A stretch of DNA of 64,000 nucleotides from NCBI GenBank assembly GCA_017644325.1, contig JAEPLS010000003.1, forward strand, positions 73,974 through 137,973, in the 5' to 3' direction. The position numbers and the translations under genes are program-made. Source of the stretch: Prochlorococcus marinus CUG1438. Its GTDB lineage: Bacteria > Cyanobacteriota > Cyanobacteriia > PCC-6307 > Cyanobiaceae. Under the pieces are notes generated by a model. That model searched no databases. It had not been told where the DNA came from and saw nothing but the letters and a program-made list of their open reading frames with translations. Below are positions 56,690 to 64,000 of this stretch, one piece after another; within the stretch, counting starts at the first letter, position 1, and each line of letters starts with the position of its first letter.

Positions 56690-57589
56690 ATGAGAAAAAA
56701 TATTATTTTTTTAAGTTTGTTACTTCTACTTTCTCTTGCTTCAGGCTCATGTAAGAGAATACCAGATAAAAATCAAAGTAAAGAAGTAATACTGGCAAGT
56801 TTCACTGTTTTGGCTGACATAATTAGCAACATTACAAAAGATGATTTTGTTGTTAGATCAATAACGAAACCTGGAGTTGAAGTTCACGGCTACCAACCAA
56901 CTCCGAGCGATTTGGTAAATGCCTCTAGTGCTTTTGTTTTTATTGATAATGGATTTGGTTTTGAATTATGGGCTGAAAAATTTGTTTCTAATTTAAAAGT
57001 AAAAAGAATTACTGTTGCGGAAGATTTAGATCCTATTTTTATCAGTGAAGATTTCTATAAAGGGAAACCAAATCCTCATGCCTGGATTTCTCCAAAAAGA
57101 GGGATCCTATATGTAGATATTCTCGTGGATTCTTTATCGGAATTGAGGCCATCCAAAAGAACATTATTTGAAGAAAATGGAAAAATTTATAAAGATAAAC
57201 TATCTAAATTAGATAAAGAATTCTCACTTTTTATTAATAACTTAAATAAAGAAAGGAGGTATCTAGTAAGTTGTGAAGGTGCTTTTTCATATTTAACAAA
57301 AGATTATGGATTAGAGGAAGTTTATTTGTGGCCAGTTAATGCTGAGAGTCAAATTACTCCCAAAAGAATGACAAGAACAATCTCACTAGTTAAAGAAAAA
57401 AATGTCCCATCTGTATTTTGTGAAAGTACTGTAAGTAACGAAACTCAAATGGTTGTTGCAAAGGAAACTGGGGCTAATTTTGGAGGAAATCTTTTTGTTG
57501 ATTCATTATCCGATGATAGTGGGCCTGCTAGTTCCTATATAAAAATGCTTGAGCATAATTTGGATTTAATTAAAAAAGGGATTTTTTGA
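56690..57589 (+). CDS. mntC: Cluster A-I (Mn/Zn type) ABC transporter substrate-binding lipoprotein
   Basis: It has a signal peptide with a Cys (…LASGSC), and the metal-ligand context …VEVHGYQPTP…NPHAWISP… is typical of the MntC/PsaA/ZnuA family. No His-rich loop is present, which favours Mn over Zn. Confidence 0.85.
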   Translation: MRKNIIFLSLLLLLSLASGSCKRIPDKNQSKEVILASFTVLADIISNITKDDFVVRSITKPGVEVHGYQPTPSDLVNASSAFVFIDNGFGFELWAEKFVSNLKVKRITVAEDLDPIFISEDFYKGKPNPHAWISPKRGILYVDILVDSLSELRPSKRTLFEENGKIYKDKLSKLDKEFSLFINNLNKERRYLVSCEGAFSYLTKDYGLEEVYLWPVNAESQITPKRMTRTISLVKEKNVPSVFCESTVSNETQMVVAKETGANFGGNLFVDSLSDDSGPASSYIKMLEHNLDLIKKGIF

Positions 57590-57592
57590 ATT

Positions 57593-58357
57593 ATGGAATC
57601 AATCAATTATCAAAACTTTAGGATTGATGCAGAGAATATTTGCGTAGATTACAACGGTAAAGTGGCGTTGTACGATGCCAATTTAAGATTGAAACCTGGC
57701 CAGATTTGTGGGTTAGTAGGGATGAACGGGGCTGGTAAAACAACTTTTTTTAATGCTCTAACTGGCTTTGTGAATATTTCAAAGGGAAAAATTAGAATAA
57801 ATGGAGAGTCTGTAAGATCTGCTCAAAAAGATCAGACAATTGCTTATGTTCCTCAAAATGAGGGCATTGATAGTCAATTTCCAATAAGTGTTTGGGATGT
57901 TGTGATGATGGGAAGATATGGTTCAATGAATATTTTTAGGTGTCCTAGAGAGTCTGATGTTCAGGCGGTTAAAGATGCTATTGAGAGAGTTGATCTTACT
58001 GATTATTTGTCTACACCTATTGGTAATTTATCTGGAGGTCAGAGAAAACGAACTTTTTTAGCTAGAGCAATTGCGCAAAGAGCGTCAATATTACTTCTTG
58101 ATGAGCCTTTTTCAGGAGTTGATATAAGAACTGAGAAACTTATCTCGGAATTATTTATTCAATTTAAAAATGAGGGGAAAACTATATTATTATCAACGCA
58201 CGATATGATTCATGTCCGTGAATTTTGTGATTTGGTACTTTTAATAAATAAAACTGTTGTAGCTTATGGCGAGACCTCTGAAGTATTTACCCCTGAAAAT
58301 ATTACAACCACTTTTGGAGGGATTTCTCCTGATTTCTTGTTTGGACCTGAATCCTAA
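57593..58357 (+). CDS. mntA: Mn/Zn ABC transporter ATP-binding protein
   Basis: It has Walker A GMNGAGKTT, the signature LSGGQRKR and Walker B ILLLDEPF. Confidence 0.88.
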   Translation: MESINYQNFRIDAENICVDYNGKVALYDANLRLKPGQICGLVGMNGAGKTTFFNALTGFVNISKGKIRINGESVRSAQKDQTIAYVPQNEGIDSQFPISVWDVVMMGRYGSMNIFRCPRESDVQAVKDAIERVDLTDYLSTPIGNLSGGQRKRTFLARAIAQRASILLLDEPFSGVDIRTEKLISELFIQFKNEGKTILLSTHDMIHVREFCDLVLLINKTVVAYGETSEVFTPENITTTFGGISPDFLFGPES

Positions 58358-58369
58358 ATCTTAAATTAA

Positions 58370-59242
58370 ATGGAGCTCTATTCTTTTTTAACTTTAGATA
58401 CATTCATAAGAGATCCTTTAACTCATGACTTTATGAGAAAAGCACTTCTTATGAGTTCATTAGTTGCAGCTGTTTGTGGTTTTCTATCAAGTTATTTAAC
58501 TCTTAAAGGATGGGCTTTAATGGGAGATGCAGTTTCACATTCGGTAATGCCTGGTGTTGTGGTCGCGTATGCACTAGGTCTTCCTTTCTCATTAGGGGCA
58601 TTTATTTTCGGGGTTGGTTCTGTAGCATTGATAGGGTTTATTAAGCAGAAATCTAGAGTTAAAGAAGATACTGTTATAGGTCTTGTATTTACTGGATTTT
58701 TCGCTCTTGGAATCGTATTGGTTTCTAAAATTAAAAGTAATATTGATTTGCACTCTATTCTTTTTGGTAGCCCATTAGGAATATCACTTTCAGATGTAAA
58801 ACAAACTATATTCATTTCTTTATTGGTAGTGATCCTTTTATCAATTTTTAGAAAAGATTTAATGCTTTATTGTTTTGATCCTAGGCATGCAAAAACAGTT
58901 GGGATTAACGTATTTTTTCTTCATTATTTACTCCTCACATGCTTGTCTTTGGCAGCTGTTGTGGGCTTGCAGTCTGTTGGAATTATTTTGGTAGTTGCAA
59001 TGTTGATTACACCAGGTGCTACAGCATATTTACTTACGGATAAATTTGATAATATGACAGTAATTTCGGTATTAAGTGCAATCATCTCAAGCCTGATAGG
59101 AATCTATGTTAGTTTTTGGTTTGATCTTGAAACAGGCGGATCAATAGTCTTGGCACAAACTTTTATATTTTTATTTGCTTTTTTATTCGCTCCAAGATAT
59201 GGGATATTTAAGTTAAAGAAATTATTTGCTGGGTATAAATGA
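58370..59242 (+). CDS. mntB: Mn/Zn ABC transporter permease
   Basis: The 290-aa membrane protein belongs to the ABC-3 family (…GDAVSHSVMPGVV…). Confidence 0.88.
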   Translation: MELYSFLTLDTFIRDPLTHDFMRKALLMSSLVAAVCGFLSSYLTLKGWALMGDAVSHSVMPGVVVAYALGLPFSLGAFIFGVGSVALIGFIKQKSRVKEDTVIGLVFTGFFALGIVLVSKIKSNIDLHSILFGSPLGISLSDVKQTIFISLLVVILLSIFRKDLMLYCFDPRHAKTVGINVFFLHYLLLTCLSLAAVVGLQSVGIILVVAMLITPGATAYLLTDKFDNMTVISVLSAIISSLIGIYVSFWFDLETGGSIVLAQTFIFLFAFLFAPRYGIFKLKKLFAGYK

Positions 59243-60411
59243 TAGTGGTGGAAGAAACTTTAAATAATAAGTGGAATTGGTGGCCATTATTCCCCTTATA
59301 TCCTTATGGAAAAAAGAAAACAATTTTAAGAGAATTAATTCCTGGTCAAATATGGTCTTTGGAACAAATACAGGGACTATATTATGTGGCGGTTCCAATA
59401 AGAATGACTGTAATAAAGGTTGATAATGGATTGATGCTAATAAATCCACTGCCACCGACAAAAGAATTAATAAATGAGTTAGAAAAATTAATTACGATAC
59501 ACGGTAAAGTAAAAACAATAATTCTACCGAGTGCCTCTGGACTAGAACATAAAATCGGACTGCCTGCTCTTTCAAGAATTTTTAAAGATGCAGAAATTTG
59601 GCTTTGTCCTGGACAATGGAGTTTCCCCATAAATCTACCATTAGATTTTTTAGGAATTCCATCAAAAAGGTCAAGAATACTTTTTAAAGAAGGTACTCCA
59701 TATACAAACTCCTTTAAATGGTCTTCATTAGGTCCACTAAATTTAGGACTTGGAAGATATCAGGAGATAAGCTGTTTCCATTATCCTACGAAAACTCTTC
59801 ACGTAACAGATGCAATAGTTGGAATAGATTCCACACCACCTGAGATATTTAATTTTGATCCAACTCCACTTCTTTTTCATTCTAGAGATAGAGGAGATGA
59901 GCCTTTGATTGACTCGATCGAACAAAGAAAAAAAGGATGGAAAAGGCTAGTCTTATTTTCATCTTTTTTGAAACCAGGTAAACTAAATATTCCACCACTA
60001 AAAAAAATATTTAAGTATTCATTCAAAAAAAATCTTAGAAATTGGAGATCTCATTTCGGTATTTATCCCTTTTTATGGGACGATGATTGGGAATCCTCTC
60101 TTGTTGAAATAATGGGTAAAGATACTCCTAAGATTCAAATTGCACCAGTTTTACAAAAATTAATTTTTCCGCGTTCAAAAGAAGTTTTACTTAATTGGTT
60201 AGAGAATATAAAGTCTTTTGAAGGTATGGAATATTTAATTCCAGCTCATTTTTCTGCTCCTATAAAATTTTCAATAGAAGATTGTCAAAAATTAATTGAT
60301 GAAATTAATTCTCAAAAGTGGGATAAACTTCCCGAGGATAATAAATTTTTGATAGGTCTATATAAAAAGTTGTTTGAACTAGGAATAATTCCTGAAGAAG
60401 TAAATCTTTAA
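59239..60411 (+). CDS. DUF4336-like protein, an uncharacterised family shared by cyanobacteria and plants
   Basis: The 390-aa ORF has WWPLFPLYPYG…IWSLEQ…IILPSASGLEHKIGLPALSRIFKDAEIWLCPGQWSFP…. The family name is from memory. The ATG overlaps the mntB TGA (ATGA). Confidence 0.7.
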   Translation: MIVVEETLNNKWNWWPLFPLYPYGKKKTILRELIPGQIWSLEQIQGLYYVAVPIRMTVIKVDNGLMLINPLPPTKELINELEKLITIHGKVKTIILPSASGLEHKIGLPALSRIFKDAEIWLCPGQWSFPINLPLDFLGIPSKRSRILFKEGTPYTNSFKWSSLGPLNLGLGRYQEISCFHYPTKTLHVTDAIVGIDSTPPEIFNFDPTPLLFHSRDRGDEPLIDSIEQRKKGWKRLVLFSSFLKPGKLNIPPLKKIFKYSFKKNLRNWRSHFGIYPFLWDDDWESSLVEIMGKDTPKIQIAPVLQKLIFPRSKEVLLNWLENIKSFEGMEYLIPAHFSAPIKFSIEDCQKLIDEINSQKWDKLPEDNKFLIGLYKKLFELGIIPEEVNL

Positions 60412-60417
60412 AAATTA

Positions 60418-60753
60418 TTATTCTTCAATAGACATGTTTTCATCATTTTTAAGAGTTTGTTCCAGCTCTTTTCTTTGCTCCATTTGTCTTAAGAAATATC
60501 CTGTCATCATTGCAGAAGATAATAAATTAGCAATATTGTCTTTTGAAGATGTTATTTTTACATCAAATTGATCTGAAGGTAGCATTCCAAGAAGACCTTG
60601 AACATTATGTCTAATAATCTCTTGAATATCTTCACTCGCTGATTTTGCTACTCTTTGCAAAACTTCTGGAGATTGTTTTTGTAAATATTGAATTAAATCA
60701 TTCTCGTCGTTTGGATCATTATTTTCAGTAGCAAGAAATTCTGGATTAAACAT
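60418..60753 (-). CDS. DUF760-like protein
   Basis: The 111-aa ORF has …LIQYLQKQSPEVLQRVAKSASEDIQEIIRHNVQGLLGMLP…LLSSAMMTGYFLRQMEQR. The family name is from memory. Confidence 0.6.
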   Translation of the reverse strand: MFNPEFLATENNDPNDENDLIQYLQKQSPEVLQRVAKSASEDIQEIIRHNVQGLLGMLPSDQFDVKITSSKDNIANLLSSAMMTGYFLRQMEQRKELEQTLKNDENMSIEE

Positions 60754-60798
60754 TTCTACAGCTTCAATATATAAAAACCCTACAACATCATGTACCCA

Positions 60799-61383
60799 TT
60801 AATCTAAATTATTAAGGGCTGGGATCCGAATAGGTCCAATTTTTTTAAACGGCCAATATCTAAAAATAGCTTTACCAATAACCTTTTCATAAGGTAAAAA
60901 TCCCCAAATATGTGAGTCCATACTATTATTTCTATTATCTCCCATCACCCATAGTGACTCTTTTGGGACAATAAAAGGCCCTATAGAATAATTAATATTT
61001 TTGTCAAAAACGTAATTCTTTTGAGCGATATCATTTAAGTAAAGGTTACCGTCTCTTACTTCTACCTTGTCTCCAGGTATTCCAATTACTCTTTTTATTA
61101 GTGCAGTATCTGCTTTATAACCAGCATTAATTAATTCTTCCGGAACGTTAAAAACAACTATTTTATTTTTTAATGTTGAAAGATTTGATTTGGATGTGAT
61201 TTTGGGAGTTACTTTCTCAACAAGAATTTTATCTTGTATTTGAAGAGTTGGAAGCATTGAACCGGATGGGATCCATCTTGGCTCTATAACCTGCCATCGT
61301 ATAATTAAAGCTATAGATATCCAGATTAAAAGATTTTTTAAATCCTTTAATATTGAATTTCTTTTTTCTTGAGTTCTAGACAT
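60799..61383 (-). CDS. lepB: Signal peptidase I
   Basis: The catalytic Ser box is IPSGSMLPTL, the Lys box is …KRVIGIPGD…, and …GDNRNNSMDS follows. Confidence 0.9.
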   Translation of the reverse strand: MSRTQEKRNSILKDLKNLLIWISIALIIRWQVIEPRWIPSGSMLPTLQIQDKILVEKVTPKITSKSNLSTLKNKIVVFNVPEELINAGYKADTALIKRVIGIPGDKVEVRDGNLYLNDIAQKNYVFDKNINYSIGPFIVPKESLWVMGDNRNNSMDSHIWGFLPYEKVIGKAIFRYWPFKKIGPIRIPALNNLD

Positions 61384-61433
61384 GTTTTATTTAATTCAGT
61401 TATAAGGAAAATCCCAAAGCATTTATATAAATT

Positions 61434-63197
61434 ATGACATCATCTATTGAATGCAAAAATTTTCTTAGAAGTTTACAACTTTTGAATCTTCTTATAAAAA
61501 TAGGAGTTCAAAATTTAATAGTATGTCCTGGTAGTAGATCAGCACCTTTAGCAATAGCTGCGGGAGAATTAAATAAATTAGGGCTAGTAAATATTTTTAA
61601 TTCAATAGATGAGAGATCTGCTGGATTCCACTCTCTTGGGATTTCTGCTGCATCAGGTAAACTTTCTTTAGTTATTACGACTTCTGGGACTGCTGTAAGT
61701 AACTTATTGCCAGCAGCAGTTGAGGCAGATCGATCTTGTAAAGGTATTATATTTCTTACTTCTGATAGACCCTTAAGATTAAAAGATTGTGGCGCTAATC
61801 AAACAGTAAATCAAGAAGATTTTTTGAGTTCAGTCTGCAGAAGGGTCTTAAGTACAAATCTAAATGGACTTCATGAAACACCAGAAAATGAAATCTTGAA
61901 TTTAGTTAGAATTACTGAGAAACAAATTTCAACCTTCCCTGGTCCTATCCATTTAAATATTCCTATTGATAAGCCTTTAGGTATTTCATTTTTGAATAAA
62001 AAAAATGTTTTAGAGGTTTTTAAGAGAATTTATTTAAAGAAAAAATATATATTTCAGAAAGTTGAAATAAAGTCTGATAAAAACAAATTCTTAGAAATTT
62101 CAAAAAGTTTAAATTTAGATAAATCCGGTATTATTTTGGTAGGTCCCTATCAAGGTTCCATAAATGATTTAACTTCTTTCAATAAATCTTTAGAACGATT
62201 ACAAGAAATTACTGGTTGGCCTGTATTTGCTGATCCTGTTTCAGGAGTTTATTCTGATTTGAGAGGATTAGTTGTGAACTGGGAATTAGTCTTAAGGAAA
62301 AATAAAAATTCAATAAATTGTCATCAACTTTTGAGGCTTGGCCCTATGTCATCCTCAATTGATTTGGAGAAGTTTTTAATAAACTTCGAAGGGATACAAA
62401 TTCTTATAAAAGAAAAAAATTATAGAAAATTGGACCCTATAAAAAAATCATTTGAATATGATTTTGGGGTATCAAATTTTACTAATCTATTGTTTGAAAA
62501 ATTATCAATCAACGAAAAAAACAAAAAGCCCCTTACTTCGATGGCTCTAGATCTGATGGAGGAAGGCGAGCAGATTAAAGAAATTTTAAAAGAAAAAATT
62601 ACCCAGGACAATTCAATTACTGAGTATATGCTTGCAAATCTTGTCCCAAAACTTTGGCCGGCTGAAAATCCTATAATGCTTTCCGCGAGTAGCCCGATTA
62701 GAGATTGGCTTACATTTTCTGAGAATGGGACTTTAACAAGAAATTGTTTCAGCTTTAGGGGAGCTTCTGGTATCGATGGTACTTTATCTCTTGCATTAGG
62801 TATTTCTAGAATTAAAAATCCTCTACTTCTTGTGACTGGAGATTTGGCTTTTATTCATGATATAAACGGTTGGCTGATTGAAAATTCAATCGATATGAAT
62901 TTAACAATCCTTCTGATAGATAATAATGGTGGAAATATATTTAATCGTATTTATAAAGAAAATTTAAAAGAAGATGAATTAAAAAAACTTTTTCTCATGC
63001 CAAAAGAAATAAAATGGCCAAAACTCGCAGAGGCTTATCAAGTAGACTTTAAAAGTGTGTCAAATTTTAAAAAATTACGAGAGGCATTTGATTGGAGCAT
63101 TTCTATCCAGAAATCTGTAATAATTAAGGTTGATATTAATCCAGAAAATGAAATTTGTGAAAAAAATACACTGCTAGAAAAAATAATTGGCAGTTAA
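61434..63197 (+). CDS. menD: 2-succinyl-5-enolpyruvyl-6-hydroxy-3-cyclohexene-1-carboxylate (SEPHCHC) synthase
   Basis: It is a ThDP enzyme: …[11 protein letters not shown]…[14 protein letters not shown]… and the C-terminal ThDP motif [12 protein letters not shown]…IDNNGG. Confidence 0.9.
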   Translation: MTSSIECKNFLRSLQLLNLLIKIGVQNLIVCPGSRSAPLAIAAGELNKLGLVNIFNSIDERSAGFHSLGISAASGKLSLVITTSGTAVSNLLPAAVEADRSCKGIIFLTSDRPLRLKDCGANQTVNQEDFLSSVCRRVLSTNLNGLHETPENEILNLVRITEKQISTFPGPIHLNIPIDKPLGISFLNKKNVLEVFKRIYLKKKYIFQKVEIKSDKNKFLEISKSLNLDKSGIILVGPYQGSINDLTSFNKSLERLQEITGWPVFADPVSGVYSDLRGLVVNWELVLRKNKNSINCHQLLRLGPMSSSIDLEKFLINFEGIQILIKEKNYRKLDPIKKSFEYDFGVSNFTNLLFEKLSINEKNKKPLTSMALDLMEEGEQIKEILKEKITQDNSITEYMLANLVPKLWPAENPIMLSASSPIRDWLTFSENGTLTRNCFSFRGASGIDGTLSLALGISRIKNPLLLVTGDLAFIHDINGWLIENSIDMNLTILLIDNNGGNIFNRIYKENLKEDELKKLFLMPKEIKWPKLAEAYQVDFKSVSNFKKLREAFDWSISIQKSVIIKVDINPENEICEKNTLLEKIIGS

Positions 63198-63232
63198 ATT
63201 TATCATTTTCTATCTTTGAATAATTAGGTTTC

Positions 63233-64000
63233 ATGAAAGTATTACCTGGTAAAACAACTTTAAATTGGTCAGAGTGCAAATCTTATGAGGATATATTGTT
63301 TCACACATCAGATGAGGGAATTGCGAGAATTGCAATTAATCGGCCTGAGAAAAGAAATGCATTTAGGCCACAAACTGTAGATGAACTCATTAACGCATTT
63401 AATACCGTAAGAAATGATGAAACTATTGGCGTAGTTCTTTTTACAGGTGCAGGACCTGATAAAAAAGGTATTTATTCTTTTTGCTCTGGAGGTGATCAGA
63501 GTGTAAGGGGTGAGAATGGATATAAAAATGATGAAGGGAAGCAGAGATTAAATGTACTTGAACTTCAAAGATTAATAAGAAGTTTGCCTAAAGTGGTTAT
63601 TGCCTTAGTTCCTGGTTTTGCAATTGGAGGAGGGCAGGTACTACATTTAATTTGTGATCTTAGTATCGCCTCTGAAAATGCAATATTTGGTCAAACAGGT
63701 CCAAGAGTTGGTAGCTTTGATGCGGGTTTTGGATCTAGTTATTTGGCAAGACTTGTTGGACAAAGAAAAGCAAAAGAAATTTGGTTTTTATGTAGAAAAT
63801 ATAATTCCAAGGAAGCTCTTAAGATGGGCTTGATAAATGCAATTACAAAGATTGAAGAATTAGAAGCTGAGGGTGTAATCTGGGCTAGAGAGATTTTACG
63901 AAATAGTCCAACTGCTATTCGTATTCTTAAAGCCTCATTCAATGCGGAGAATGATGGGATTGCAGGTATTCAAGAATTATCTGGATACACAACTCAATTA
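63233..64000 (+). CDS. menB: 1,4-dihydroxy-2-naphthoyl-CoA synthase. The 3' end is truncated by the window end.
   Basis: Translation from the ATG at 63233 gives [53 protein letters not shown]…[11 protein letters not shown]…, which is crotonase-fold MenB. The frame stays open to position 64000. It is absent from the ORF track because it is truncated. Confidence 0.93.
   Translation, partial: MKVLPGKTTLNWSECKSYEDILFHTSDEGIARIAINRPEKRNAFRPQTVDELINAFNTVRNDETIGVVLFTGAGPDKKGIYSFCSGGDQSVRGENGYKNDEGKQRLNVLELQRLIRSLPKVVIALVPGFAIGGGQVLHLICDLSIASENAIFGQTGPRVGSFDAGFGSSYLARLVGQRKAKEIWFLCRKYNSKEALKMGLINAITKIEELEAEGVIWAREILRNSPTAIRILKASFNAENDGIAGIQELSGYTTQL

Overview
This is an AT-rich, very compact chromosome segment from a marine picocyanobacterium. 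Protein identities and gene order (chlB-chlN / csoS1D / ham1 / csoS1-rbcLS-csoS2-csoSCA-csoS4AB) point to a high-light-adapted Prochlorococcus marinus. I can support about 66 protein genes (two truncated by the window edges) and one tRNA-Leu(UAA). Coding density is above 90 percent. The main feature is the complete alpha-carboxysome / form IA RuBisCO locus at about 2.7-11.4 kb. The rest is housekeeping: DPOR, histidine, tryptophan, threonine, proline, folate, queuosine, haem and phylloquinone biosynthesis, dnaA, glutathione reductase, clpB, petE, glgB, ndhD/ndhL, thrS/trpS, an Mn/Zn-type ABC importer, a TamB/TIC236-like giant protein, a group-2 sigma factor and a cyAbrB regulator. I found no transposase, integrase, phage gene, CRISPR array, restriction-modification module or recognisable defence module, so the window reads as core genome rather than an accessory island. 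I do not see a convincing undescribed multi-gene system. The most interesting leads are small. (1) A G+C-rich island and an exact 14-nt direct repeat lie in the 328-bp spacer upstream of csoS1. (2) An intrinsic-terminator-like hairpin separates rbcS from csoS2. (3) There is an orphan pair of uncharacterised transferases (GT2 plus DUF2064-like). (4) There is a tightly packed sigma factor / DUF1232 membrane protein / small HTH protein cluster. (5) A P-loop-less GTPase-like DUF697 protein and a DUF4336 protein bracket, and appear coupled to, the mntCAB transporter. (6) An Arg/Gly-rich protein with a ribbon-helix-helix-like core overlaps the trpS start. All family assignments come from reading the translated ORFs, with no database search.
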